Of a stretch of 64,000 nucleotides of DNA, positions 39,761 through 49,271 are shown one piece after another. The DNA lies in assembly GCA_027623675.1 (NCBI GenBank), contig JAQBVF010000009.1:32001-96000 (forward strand). The letters are read 5' to 3'. Source of the DNA: Chloroflexota bacterium. Its GTDB lineage: Bacteria > Chloroflexota > Dehalococcoidia > Lucifugimonadales > UBA3495. The number at the start of each line of letters is the position of its first letter. Position 1 is the first letter of the stretch. The position numbers and the translations under genes are program-made. The notes beneath the pieces were generated by a model, which did no database searches, was not told the DNA's origin, and saw only the letters and a list, made by a program, of their open reading frames with translations.

Positions 39761-40690
39761 CTATCTGTTGACGAACTGGGGAAGCAGCTCTTCGCCCAGG
39801 ATCGCCAATTGGTCCATGCTCTCTTCGGCTGGGCACAAAGGCCGCATGACGAACTTGGAGCCGCCGGCGTCGATATAGCGCTGGACGTATTCCGCCACCT
39901 TCTCCACCGGACCAACGGCGGTGAACTCAGTGAAATGGGCGTCCGGGCGCTGGCGAGTGACGAACCGGCTCGCTTTCTCCGTCGCGCCTTTCACATCGTC
40001 CGAGACGTAGTAACCCATCAGAACGCCGACGTGGTCGTCTTCGATCTCACGGTTGAACTCGTTGGCGGTCTCAAACAGAATCTCGCAACCCTCTTTAATC
40101 TCCTCTGGCGTGGCGCTGGAGACCAGCCAACCGTCGCCGACACGGCCAACCCGCCGGGCGGCGGCGGCGGAACGCCCTCCGATCCAGACCGGGGTTGAGG
40201 GTTGCAGGTAGGGCTTGGGGGTTACGGTCACGTTGTGGCAGCTAAAGAACTCGCCCTCATGGGTGACGTCCTCCTCCTGCCACAGCCGGCGCATCAGGGC
40301 GATCCCTTCATCGGTACGAGGGCCGCGCCGCTCTTTGGTGACGCCACAGGCCTCGTACTCCTCCGGTTCCTCTTGGCCCAGCCCCACCGCGGGAAAGAAC
40401 CGGCCCTGGGAGAGATAGTCCAGGGTGGCGATCTGCTTGGCCAGCACAACCGGATTGCGCAGAGGCATGGCCAGCACGCTGGTGCCCACCTTTAGGCGGT
40501 CCGAGTAAGCCAGTACCATCGAGCAGGCCATCATCGGCTCCAGACTGAACTTCTCGCCAACGATGCGGTCGCTTAGCCATAGAGAGTCATAGCCGTGTTT
40601 ATCGCCGATCTCAACCAGATTCCGCAGGTAAGCTGGGTCTTCTCCACCTTCTCCGTAGGCTCCCGGCATGTAACCGATGGCGATACTCAT
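39761..40690 (-). CDS. LLM class flavin-dependent oxidoreductase
   Basis: YDSLWLSDR, RNPVVLAKQIATLD, PVWIGGRS, GDGW. Confidence 0.92.
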   Translation of the reverse strand: MSIAIGYMPGAYGEGGEDPAYLRNLVEIGDKHGYDSLWLSDRIVGEKFSLEPMMACSMVLAYSDRLKVGTSVLAMPLRNPVVLAKQIATLDYLSQGRFFPAVGLGQEEPEEYEACGVTKERRGPRTDEGIALMRRLWQEEDVTHEGEFFSCHNVTVTPKPYLQPSTPVWIGGRSAAAARRVGRVGDGWLVSSATPEEIKEGCEILFETANEFNREIEDDHVGVLMGYYVSDDVKGATEKASRFVTRQRPDAHFTEFTAVGPVEKVAEYVQRYIDAGGSKFVMRPLCPAEESMDQLAILGEELLPQFVNR

Positions 40691-40788
40691 GTCATCTCTC
40701 TAATGCCGCTTCTTGATACGGTTTCGGGGCGGCGGCTCAAACTAGGCCAATTATAACCCAAACGGTGCAAACCAGACCTAGACCTGTC

Positions 40789-41730
40789 TCAGCCGGCGAG
40801 GGTATCCAGTCCTGCCTCGGTTCGAGCGTCGTTTATGTGGTCCAGTATCCGCTGCCGCAAGGGCGCTATCTCGTAGCCGATGTCGGCCAGCATCCGGCTG
40901 TTGTCCACGTTGTAGACGTGGGGCACCAACTGATCGCCGGTAGTCACCTGGGCGCCGGGGATGATGTCCTTCACGATGTCGGCCATCTCCTTGATGCTGC
41001 ACATGCTGCCGCCGCTGATGTAAACGCGGTGGTTAAGCTTCTCGGCCACGGCCGCCCGGACGAATATCTCGGCGGCGTCTTCGGCGTGGATCATGGGCGA
41101 TTGCTCATCCTGGTGGAAGGGCATGCTCACAGGCTGTCCGATGGCCGGCAGCGACATCAGCAACCCGCCGATCATGCCGGTCATCCCCGTGACGCGTCCG
41201 TGGCCGAACACGGTGCAGATGCGCACTCCCCTTAGGTCCAACCCGTAGCGGTCGATATAACGCTTGGCCGAGAAGTCGTTAACCGACTTTGTCATCCCGT
41301 AGACGTTGATGGGGTCGTTGAGGTCGTCCTCGTTTATGGGCCGGTCGCCAAAGGTGTCTTGGACGCCATAGACCGCGATGGAACTGGCGTAGACCACCCG
41401 CTGGACGCCGGTCCAGCGCGCGGCTTCGAACACGTTGTTGGTGCCGCCGATGTTAACCTGCATAGCGTAGTGGGGCCGGTCTTCGGTATCGGGTGGCAGG
41501 AGCGCGGCCATGTGGATAATCTTTTGGACACCGTGGGTGTTGATGGCTTCCAAAAGATGGGGGAGTTGGGTAACGTCGCCACGATACATCTTGATGCGGT
41601 CCAGGTATGGTCCCAGGTTGGCGCGGGGCGGGGCCAGGTCGAAGCAGACCACCTCTTCGCCCCGGTCCAACAGCTTTCGAATGATTCTGTTGCCGATGAA
41701 TCCCGTGCCGCCGGTGACCATCACGGACAT
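40789..41730 (-). CDS. NAD-dependent epimerase/dehydratase
   Basis: VTGGTGFIG, YASSIAVYG, YGMTK. Confidence 0.92.
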   Translation of the reverse strand: MSVMVTGGTGFIGNRIIRKLLDRGEEVVCFDLAPPRANLGPYLDRIKMYRGDVTQLPHLLEAINTHGVQKIIHMAALLPPDTEDRPHYAMQVNIGGTNNVFEAARWTGVQRVVYASSIAVYGVQDTFGDRPINEDDLNDPINVYGMTKSVNDFSAKRYIDRYGLDLRGVRICTVFGHGRVTGMTGMIGGLLMSLPAIGQPVSMPFHQDEQSPMIHAEDAAEIFVRAAVAEKLNHRVYISGGSMCSIKEMADIVKDIIPGAQVTTGDQLVPHVYNVDNSRMLADIGYEIAPLRQRILDHINDARTEAGLDTLAG

Positions 41731-41993
41731 GGAAAGCCCCTCCGAATCTCTACTCGAATCTTGTGGCGCCTGCTCTTGTCACACCTACGATGCCCGGCGC
41801 CTTAAATAGCAGGCACCGTCGATGATATAGGCGATGACATGCCTCCGCAATCCCGCTGCGATCACGGCTGGTCATAATTACCAGCATAAACTGCTGTTCC
41901 AAGCCCGGTCGTGATTCAAGGTCGGTCGAACGGCGTCGGATCTCCAGTTTAGGATACGCTCGGTTAGATATCCTGATATGACATCGGGGGAAT

Positions 41994-42782
41994 ATGTTGC
42001 GAAAGATTCGACTTCCTTTAGCTATCATGGCGCTGGCCGTCGCGGCCCTCATCCTGCCGCTCGTAGCGAGCGCAGACAACTCCTGGGGTAATTACCACTG
42101 GGCGCGCACGGCTAATCCCTTGACGCTCTCCCTGGGTGACAACGTTTCGACCAACTGGGACGGAGCTTTGGCAACCGCCAACACTGATTGGAACTTATCA
42201 GCCGTACTATCTAATTCGGTGGATCCAGGACGTGCAAACCCAAAGAATTGCAAACCTGGCGATGGCCTTGTCGAGATTTGTAATAGCACATATGGTTTCA
42301 ACGGCTGGCTCGGTATCGCCGGAATCTGGGCTTCCGGTGACCACATCACGAAAGGGTACGTGAAGGTTAACGATACATATTTCAACACCTCTACCTACAA
42401 CACTCCGGCATGGCGGCAATTGGTGATGTGCCAAGAGGTTGGTCACATATTTGGCCTGTCTCACCAAGATGAGGATTTCACCAACCCGAATCTTGGCACC
42501 TGCATGGATTACACCAACAATCCCGGTCCCAACCAAGCTCCCAACCAACATGATTATGACCAGTTGGCCGCTATCTACACCCACCTGGACGGTTTCAACT
42601 CTTGGGCGCCCGCGCCCGCCGATGGTGGGTCTGGCGGTGGCAAGCCAGGTTCCATTCCCGGAGAGGATATCAGCCAGCGGGGCAAGGCGATAGGCGCCGA
42701 TGGCAAAGGTCGCCCCAACCTGTTCGAGTTAGACCTGGGCAACGGCAATAAAGCCCTGACCCACGTATTCTGGGCCAACTAG
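41994..42782 (+). CDS. Secreted metzincin/matrixin-like metalloprotease homolog
   Basis: Signal peptide; CQEVGHIFGLSH zinc-motif variant; TCMDY Met-turn. Confidence 0.7.
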   Translation: MLRKIRLPLAIMALAVAALILPLVASADNSWGNYHWARTANPLTLSLGDNVSTNWDGALATANTDWNLSAVLSNSVDPGRANPKNCKPGDGLVEICNSTYGFNGWLGIAGIWASGDHITKGYVKVNDTYFNTSTYNTPAWRQLVMCQEVGHIFGLSHQDEDFTNPNLGTCMDYTNNPGPNQAPNQHDYDQLAAIYTHLDGFNSWAPAPADGGSGGGKPGSIPGEDISQRGKAIGADGKGRPNLFELDLGNGNKALTHVFWAN

Positions 42783-42803
42783 GCTCTCGATCCAGACGAG
42801 CAA

Positions 42804-42845
42804 GTTCGAAAAAGGCCTCCCAATCACAGGAGGCCTTTTTCGAAC
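42804..42845. terminator. Bidirectional intrinsic terminator
   Basis: GTTCGAAAAAGGCCTCC-loop-GGAGGCCTTTTTCGAAC. Confidence 0.85.
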
Positions 42846-42856
42846 ACCCTTAATGC

Positions 42857-43609
42857 TCACAATGGCCGCTTGGCCGGGATGCCCACCCTTCTGGGGTAGC
42901 GATCGGGGGTCGGCCCGGTTTTCGCCACCGAGATAAGCACCCGGTCGTCGGTCAGCCCCTCCAACGCCACCGTGACCACTTTGTCGATGCGCCCGCCCAG
43001 CTCCAAAAGAGCGTTGGCCGCGGCATCAAGTTCCTGGCCGTCGCCGCCGTGCTTCAAGGCGACCAACCGGCCGCCGGGCTTGCAGAATGGCAGGCAATAC
43101 TCCAACAGCAGGGGCAATCTGGCCACCCCTCTCACCACCACCAGGTCGAACGCGTCTCTAAGGCCATCCTCCCGGCCCAGAGCCTCAGAGCGGCCTGTGA
43201 GTACCGAAACGCCTTCCAGACCCAGTATGGCCGTCAGGCGCTCCAGGAATGCCGTCTTTTTCGCCACCGACTCCACCAACGTCAGCCGGATCCCTGGAAA
43301 GGCCAGTTTCAGGGCCATTCCAGGCAATCCCGCACCGGACCCAACGTCGATTACACGCGCCTCCAGTCCGGCTAACAAGCCGCCGGCCGCCAGGCACACC
43401 GTGAGCGAGTCCAAGAAATGCTTGACCTGAACATCCTCAAATCCGGTGATGGCTGTTAGGTTGGCCCGTTGGTTCCAGTCGGTCAGTTCGCGGTAGTAGA
43501 CCTGGAACTGGTCCAGTTGGGCGCCGGACAGCGCGATTCCCAACTGGGCGGCGCCCTTTTCCAACAGTTCCATCCGCGAGTGGTTTCCTGGCGCAGTTTG
43601 GGAAGACAT
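42857..43609 (-). CDS. rsmG: 16S rRNA m7G527 methyltransferase
   Basis: WNQRANLTAI, KHFLDSL, DVGSGAGLPG, YPRRVGIP. Confidence 0.93.
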   Translation of the reverse strand: MSSQTAPGNHSRMELLEKGAAQLGIALSGAQLDQFQVYYRELTDWNQRANLTAITGFEDVQVKHFLDSLTVCLAAGGLLAGLEARVIDVGSGAGLPGMALKLAFPGIRLTLVESVAKKTAFLERLTAILGLEGVSVLTGRSEALGREDGLRDAFDLVVVRGVARLPLLLEYCLPFCKPGGRLVALKHGGDGQELDAAANALLELGGRIDKVVTVALEGLTDDRVLISVAKTGPTPDRYPRRVGIPAKRPL

Positions 43610-43661
43610 AGATGCCTATTATAGCGGGGGCATGCTGGTCTCCGCTCACGTTCCCGCCAAA

Positions 43662-43691
43662 TTGACACCATTAGAAGCAGAGCCGTAGAAT
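43662..43691 (+). promoter_or_regulatory. Sigma70-like promoter
   Basis: TTGACA-18-TAGAAT upstream of the Lrp/AsnC gene. Confidence 0.6.
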
Positions 43692-43728
43692 GACCTGCAA
43701 CACCCGGCCAGACTGGGGAGGGGGAATC

Positions 43729-43965
43729 ATGGCAACCAAAGCTTACCTGTTGATCGAGACTGCCGTCGGTAAAACGCGCGACGTGGCAAACACCTTGAGC
43801 AGCCTACCGGGCATCACCACGGTGGACGTGGTCACCGGGCCCTACGACATAATCGCGGTGGTGTCCGGCGAGGACATGACCATCGTTGGCGATCTGGTCA
43901 CCGGCCATATCCACACCGTCCCCGGCGTGGTCCGCACCGTTACCTGCGTGGCCGTGGGCAGCTAG
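43729..43965 (+). CDS. Stand-alone Lrp/AsnC ligand-binding domain protein
   Basis: AYLLI, VTGPYDIIA, PGVVRTVT. Confidence 0.88.
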   Translation: MATKAYLLIETAVGKTRDVANTLSSLPGITTVDVVTGPYDIIAVVSGEDMTIVGDLVTGHIHTVPGVVRTVTCVAVGS

Positions 43966-44003
43966 GCCGCTCTTGGCATCCAAGCACCCTTAGGAGAATC
44001 GTT

Positions 44004-45179
44004 TTGGAGTTCAAGTTCACTGCCGAGGACGAAGAGTTCCGGAGAGAACTGCGGCTTTTCATGCAGACCGAACTTCCCGATAACTGGGAGGGCGCCGGCC
44101 GCTACCCCGAAGAGGACGACTGGGACCTGAACAAAGCCATTCGCCAGAAGATGGCGGAGCGGGGTTGGCTCACGATGCACTGGCCGGAGGAATACGGCGG
44201 CCAGGCGGCTTCACCGGTAAAGTCGGCCATCTTCAACGAAGAGATCGCCTACCTGAGAGCGCCGGGACGGGACATCTTCGGCGTCCGCATGCTTGGGCCG
44301 ACCCTGATGATTCACGGGTCCGACGAACAGAAGCGGACCCATCTGCCGCCCGTGGCCAAGGGCGAGGTCCAATGGTGTCAGGGCTACAGCGAGCCAGAGT
44401 CCGGCTCCGACCTGGCATCCCTCAGCACCAGGGCGGTCCGCGACGGCGACGACCTGGTCATCAACGGCGGCAAGGTATGGACCACCATGGCCCACCGCGC
44501 CGACTGGATCATGCTGCTCACGCGCACCGACCCCGACGCCGCCAAGCACCGGGGTATCAGCTTCGTCTTGGTCGACATGAAGTCTCCCGGAGTGACCGTC
44601 CGCCCGATCATCAACATGGCCGGCGGGCACGAGTTCAACCAGGTGACATTCGACGACGTCCGGGTTCCCAGGGCCAACGTGGTCGGCGAGGAGGACCGGG
44701 GCTGGTACGTGGCCGTGACTTTGCTGGACTTCGAGCGCTCCGGCATCGACTATTCCGCCGCCGCCCGCCGCCTGCTGGACGACACCCGCGAGTATGCCAC
44801 CGAGACCAAGAGCAACGGGCAGCCGCTCATGGAGATTCCCTGGGTGCGCAACCTGATGGCCGACCGGTATATCGACTGCGAAGTGGCCCGCCTCATGGCC
44901 TACAACGTGGCTTACATGCAGTCGCAGGACCTGATTCCCACCAAGGAAGCGTCCATGAGCAAGGTCTTCGGCAGCGAGACAGTGCAGCGGGTCACCGAAG
45001 CCTCCCTGGACATCCTGGGCATGTACGGCACACTCTCACGGCAAGAGAAATGGGCGCCCCTGAAAGGCCGGGTCCAGGAACACTGGATGAACGCTTTCGC
45101 CGGCACCATCGCCGCTGGGACCTCCGAGATTCAGCGCAACATCATCGCCGGCCGGGGACTGGGCCTGCCCCGCGGCTAA
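44004..45179 (+). CDS. Acyl-CoA dehydrogenase family protein
   Basis: WCQGYSEPESGSDLASL, NGGKVWT, LDFER, TIAAGTSEIQRNII. Confidence 0.93.
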   Translation: MEFKFTAEDEEFRRELRLFMQTELPDNWEGAGRYPEEDDWDLNKAIRQKMAERGWLTMHWPEEYGGQAASPVKSAIFNEEIAYLRAPGRDIFGVRMLGPTLMIHGSDEQKRTHLPPVAKGEVQWCQGYSEPESGSDLASLSTRAVRDGDDLVINGGKVWTTMAHRADWIMLLTRTDPDAAKHRGISFVLVDMKSPGVTVRPIINMAGGHEFNQVTFDDVRVPRANVVGEEDRGWYVAVTLLDFERSGIDYSAAARRLLDDTREYATETKSNGQPLMEIPWVRNLMADRYIDCEVARLMAYNVAYMQSQDLIPTKEASMSKVFGSETVQRVTEASLDILGMYGTLSRQEKWAPLKGRVQEHWMNAFAGTIAAGTSEIQRNIIAGRGLGLPRG

Positions 45180-45327
45180 CACCACCCCTCCACCCTGGAA
45201 CCAAGAAAAAGGCAAGATGAACGGCCTTCGCTTGCCCTGGTGCTTACTTTTCAGAACCCTATGTTCCCGCTCATGGTGAGTTTGTCGAACCATCATTCCG
45301 TCACCGGTCAAATCCCTGCCTGCGACA

Positions 45328-45663
45328 TTAGTCAGCGGCGAAGGCTGCCAGTTCTTCTTGGTCCAGCATGGCGGCATCGCGGCACCGGCGCATGATCCGG
45401 AAGATGGTCCGCACGGTGACGGAGAACCGGTCGGCGGCCTCCTCGACCGTCAGGTTGTCCTGCTGAATGGCCGACCAGATCCTGAAGTCTCTGGCCAAAC
45501 GGCGGTTGCGCTGGAACCAGGCCGGGTCGTCGTATTTGCACTGGGGCAAGGGGCAGTTGAGACACGAAGCGGAGACCTCACAACCCGTATCTTCGTAATG
45601 GTAAAATTCGGGCACGGCGTCGAGAACGGGACTAGAAGTGATTGGCCGGTCGAGTGTGGTCAT
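45328..45663 (-). CDS. Small Cys-rich helix-turn-helix protein
   Basis: DTGCEVSASCLNCPLPQC followed by HTH (TVEEAADRFSVTVRTIFRI); GGAG RBS. Confidence 0.8.
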   Translation of the reverse strand: MTTLDRPITSSPVLDAVPEFYHYEDTGCEVSASCLNCPLPQCKYDDPAWFQRNRRLARDFRIWSAIQQDNLTVEEAADRFSVTVRTIFRIMRRCRDAAMLDQEELAAFAAD

Positions 45664-45702
45664 TTCCCTACTCCAAACCATACGTTCTAATATCGTTTGC
45701 CT

Positions 45703-45754
45703 AGTTTAGAACGCCTGTTCTTAACATGTCAAGGGTTTTTGGAACAGATTTTCT
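45703..45754 (-). promoter_or_regulatory. Promoter with LexA (SOS) box
   Basis: Minus strand TTGACA-18-TAAACT; AGAACGCCTGTTCT at 45708-45721 lies in the spacer; second imperfect box at 45741-45754. Confidence 0.75.
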
Positions 45755-45825
45755 AATTACCCGTTGCTCACGCTCAAATCAGCCCGGTTTTCAGAACATC
45801 ACACCTACGACCCGGAGGTAACCCC

Positions 45826-46635
45826 GTGGCCCAAGAACTCCAGGAACCCGCCATAATCACCGAATACGAGACCATGATGTACCAAAGGCAGGGAAGGATC
45901 GCCTACATCATGCTCAACCGCCCCCAGGCCTTGAACGCGGTCAATGACCAGTTTGAAGACGACCTGCACGATGCGCTGCTGGAGTTCGACCTGGACGACG
46001 AGGCCTGGGTGGCCATCCTCCACGGCGCGGGGCGGAGTTTCTGCGCCGGGGCCGACATCAAGCAGCGGTTCGTGGCCATGACGCCGCAGCAGGCGGCCCG
46101 CAGGGAGCGTGGCCCCAATCCCGAGGGCTACATGGGCCGGGCCATCAACTGGAAGCCGGTCATCGCCGCGGTCCACGGGTACGCCCTGGGCGCGGGTATA
46201 GTCCTGGCGGTCGAATCGGACCTGATCGTCGCATCGGAAGAGGCCAAGTTCGGCATCACTGAGACGCGCCGGGGGCTGCCCGGAGGCCGCATCTGGGCCA
46301 AGGTCAACGCCTTCATGCCGTCCAAGATTGCCTCGGAGATGGTGATTACCGGGGAGCATATCGACGCCGCCGAGTTGTACCGGCTGGGGTTGATCAACCG
46401 CCTGGTGCCCACCGGAGAACACCTGAGCGCCGCCGAGGAACTGGCTGAGAAGATCCTGAAGTCGCCGCCCCTAGCCACCAGGGCAGCCGTGAAGCTGACG
46501 CGCCGCCAGTGGGTCCAAACGGGTGCCGAAGCCGATATGCAGGTGCTGCCCCTAAAGCTGCACCTGACCGAGGATTTCAAAGAGGCCAGCGCAAGTTTCG
46601 TGGAGAAGCGAGCGCCCAAATACCACGCGAGGTAA
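45826..46635 (+). CDS. Enoyl-CoA hydratase/isomerase family protein
   Basis: LNRPQALNA, FCAGADIK, KPVIAAVHGYALGAG. Confidence 0.92.
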   Translation: MAQELQEPAIITEYETMMYQRQGRIAYIMLNRPQALNAVNDQFEDDLHDALLEFDLDDEAWVAILHGAGRSFCAGADIKQRFVAMTPQQAARRERGPNPEGYMGRAINWKPVIAAVHGYALGAGIVLAVESDLIVASEEAKFGITETRRGLPGGRIWAKVNAFMPSKIASEMVITGEHIDAAELYRLGLINRLVPTGEHLSAAEELAEKILKSPPLATRAAVKLTRRQWVQTGAEADMQVLPLKLHLTEDFKEASASFVEKRAPKYHAR

Positions 46636-46660
46636 AGACAATCCCAGGCGTTTCCGCCCC

Positions 46661-47644
46661 CTAAGCGAACTCGGGCATGACCTTCTCGGCGAAGAGACGG
46701 AGCGACTTGGTGGTGATGTCGCCTTCCATGCCCGGCCACTGGGAGCGGAGTATCAATTCCTCCACGCCCTGCTCTTTGTACTTGTAGATCTCTTCGATGC
46801 ACTCTTCAGGGCTGCCGATGATGAAACGGCCGTCCAAGACCTGCTCGAAGGGAACGTCGATGCGGTCGGCTTCGGGCAGTTCCTGGCTGTGCCCCAAGGC
46901 GGCACGGTCTTTGTAGAGCCACTCAACCTGGGGCCGCACCGTGTCGATGGCCTGCTGTCGGCTATCCGCCACGAAGGCCTCGCGCCACGCCGCGATGTAG
47001 CCCGGCTTGCCCGCCTCTTTGACGGCGTCCCGGTAAAGAGGCGCCTGCGTCCTGATGGTGGGCAGGGTTGACCTGGAACTGACCAGCCAGCCGTCCGCTT
47101 CTTTGGCCGCCCGCAGCACGCCTCGCTCCAGGTTGGCCGCCAGATATACCTTGGGTCCCGGCTTCTGGATGGGAGCGCCGGCGCCGGGGACGTCGTCCAG
47201 GTGGAAATGCCGGCCTTCGTGGGTGACCCGGTCCTGGTTCCACAGCTTCTCCATCACCTCCTGGACCTCGCGGAAGCGGGACAGACGCTCTTCTTTGGGC
47301 ACTTCAAAAGCCTTGAACTGGAAGTCCCGCCAGCCCAGAGCCGGGGCCAGGACGAACCTGCCGCCGGTGATGACGTCCAAGGTGGATATCTGCTCCGCCG
47401 CCTCAACCGGGTGGTAAAAAGGCAGGAGGGCTACCATGCCCAGTTCCAGGCCCGGAGCCTCCGCGGCCACACGCGCCAGCAGCATCAGGGCGTGAAAATC
47501 GTTGTTCAGGTAGCCCGCGCCGGTCCAGAGCGAGTGATACCCCATCTTTTTGGCCAATCGCGCCTTGGCCAGCCGGGCCGCCAGTCCCTCTTCCCGCGAT
47601 TGGCCCCGCCGGTCGCCCCCACCCAAGTTGATCCCAAAGCGCAT
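46661..47644 (-). CDS. LLM class flavin-dependent oxidoreductase
   Basis: YHPVEAAEQISTLDVITGGR, IIGSPEEC. Confidence 0.9.
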   Translation of the reverse strand: MRFGINLGGGDRRGQSREEGLAARLAKARLAKKMGYHSLWTGAGYLNNDFHALMLLARVAAEAPGLELGMVALLPFYHPVEAAEQISTLDVITGGRFVLAPALGWRDFQFKAFEVPKEERLSRFREVQEVMEKLWNQDRVTHEGRHFHLDDVPGAGAPIQKPGPKVYLAANLERGVLRAAKEADGWLVSSRSTLPTIRTQAPLYRDAVKEAGKPGYIAAWREAFVADSRQQAIDTVRPQVEWLYKDRAALGHSQELPEADRIDVPFEQVLDGRFIIGSPEECIEEIYKYKEQGVEELILRSQWPGMEGDITTKSLRLFAEKVMPEFA

Positions 47645-47760
47645 GGTTCCCGCCCTCTATCTCAGCCGAATCCTGTGTCAAATGCCCCCATTGGCAAGCC
47701 TGGGGAGTATAGCAGAGGGCAAACCCGCTGACCCGAGTGTGTCGATAGCGGAAGATCAAC

Positions 47761-47795
47761 AAGGCCCCAGAGGACGATCCTCTGGGGCCTTTCTT
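47761..47795. terminator. Intrinsic terminator hairpin
   Basis: AAGGCCCCAGAGGA-loop-TCCTCTGGGGCCTT, downstream of the 47829-48149 gene. Confidence 0.75.
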
Positions 47796-47828
47796 ATCTC
47801 GTGCTAATCATGTCAGAGCCGCCTTGCT

Positions 47829-48149
47829 TTACGCCCAGGAGGCACGCCGTCCCAGGACCAGGCCGTTCTCCAACTCCAATTCCGCCTTCAGGTTGCGGAA
47901 GAACAGGAACTTCTTGCTGTCGATGTTCATGGAAGTGGTGTGCCGGGCCAGGTCAGGCAGGATGAACAGTTCTACGCCGTCCTGATTTATCTTCGTGTAC
48001 GGGGTGATGTCGCGGCGTGCCAGTCGGGTATCGACCGATACCTCAGTGGAGTTGCCGCCTCAAGATGAGAAAGAGAGCAGGTCCACGGCCGCCTGGCCTC
48101 CCCTGCTCTGTATATGCTCGATCGCATCTGGCGTAAGATTGATCTGCAT
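47829..48149 (-). CDS. HesB-like / CC-Se-motif type protein, putative selenoprotein (106 aa)
   Basis: GAGAGG RBS; MQINLTPDAIEHIQSRGGQAAVDLLSFSS-U-GGNSTEVSV..YTKINQDGVELFI..FLFFRNL; TGA at 48060-48062; hairpin at 48027-48042; not in the ORF track. Confidence 0.78.
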
Positions 48150-48286
48150 CCGGTAACCTCTCTGGCAGGCAGGCTGGCCCGCCGGCATGTCTGAACCGCG
48201 GCCCTCTCTATACATATAGTAACTCCATCAGAGACGAGCCGCTTGCAATTATGATGCGACAAGCGCTATTTGGGTTCAAGACAGCG

Positions 48287-48865
48287 CTAACTCCTGAGCG
48301 CCAAAACCAGACTGTTGCGGGCTTCCACGCTGGCTGGATGGATGGTCCCGCCCCTGGCAAGACGGTTTGCCATCTCCCGAGATAGAAACTCCAACAGCGC
48401 CAGGTCCAGGCTTTCCCGGGCCATATCGCGAAGTTCGGCCTGGTAGGAATAGACCGCCGCCTTCTGAGAGTCCAGCTTGTCGGCCAGGAACACCAGCTTG
48501 CCCAACGGGTCCAACGAAGCATGGGCCGTCGAGTGCCAGCGCACCGCTTCATAAAGGCTGTCGTCGGCCAGGCCGTCCTCCCGTCGGAGCAGTTCGGCGC
48601 CCACCGGACCGTGCAGCAGCAGGGGAAAGTCTTTCTCGACCTCGCTAACGGATACGCCCAGATCAGCAGACATCTTCAGGAGGTCATCTCCGGCCACAGC
48701 GCGGCAGACATCATGGGCCAACGCGCCAAGCTCGGCGCGTTCGGCGGGAATGTTGTGACCGGCGGCCAATTCCAAGGCCACGTCGCGCACCCGGTAGATG
48801 TGCGCCTGCAGGCCGTCGGGCAGGGAAGCCAAACGCTCTTGCAGCCGCTGGAGCAGGTCGGGCAC
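48287..48865 (-). CDS. yqeK: YqeK-like HD-domain Ap4A hydrolase
   Basis: AHIYRV, LAHDVCR, LLHGPVGA, AVRWHST, FLADKL. Confidence 0.8.
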   Translation of the reverse strand: MPDLLQRLQERLASLPDGLQAHIYRVRDVALELAAGHNIPAERAELGALAHDVCRAVAGDDLLKMSADLGVSVSEVEKDFPLLLHGPVGAELLRREDGLADDSLYEAVRWHSTAHASLDPLGKLVFLADKLDSQKAAVYSYQAELRDMARESLDLALLEFLSREMANRLARGGTIHPASVEARNSLVLALRS

Positions 48866-48870
48866 TTGTT

Positions 48871-49221
48871 CTAGCCCATCGCTCCCAGTTTCTTACCGCC
48901 CAACAGGTGCATGTGAGGATGGGTGATCTCCTGGCCCGAGTCGCTGCCCTGGTTTACCACCAGCCGGTAGCCGCTGAGGGCGACTCCCTCACGCCGGGCG
49001 ATCTCCTCGGCAACCACGAACATATGGCCCATGATGGGCACCTGTCCGGGACCCACGTAGGCCAGCGAGGCGATGTGCATGTTGGGGATGATTAACATAT
49101 GCACCGGCGACTTGGGGTTGATGTCTTTAATGGCAAAGACCCGGTCGTCCCGGTAAACCGGGGCGGAGTGCATCGGGTCTTGGGCCATGTTGCAAAATAT
49201 GCATTGAGCGGTGGTGGTCAT
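48871..49221 (-). CDS. HIT (histidine triad) family protein
   Basis: CIFC, DINPKSPVH, GYRLVVN, HPHMHLLGG. Confidence 0.92.
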   Translation of the reverse strand: MTTTAQCIFCNMAQDPMHSAPVYRDDRVFAIKDINPKSPVHMLIIPNMHIASLAYVGPGQVPIMGHMFVVAEEIARREGVALSGYRLVVNQGSDSGQEITHPHMHLLGGKKLGAMG

Positions 49222-49271
49222 GCCGGGCTCGCCTCCGTGGAATTATTGGGGTGGATACCGTGTCTAAACGG

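Noticed and set aside
25029..48149. Global UGA reassignment (Trp or Gly code) as the explanation for in-frame TGAs
   Set aside because: Many genes end naturally at TGA (TerY, kinase, nadE, rsmG, thermonuclease), Trp uses TGG, and the internal TGAs fall at Cys-equivalent positions
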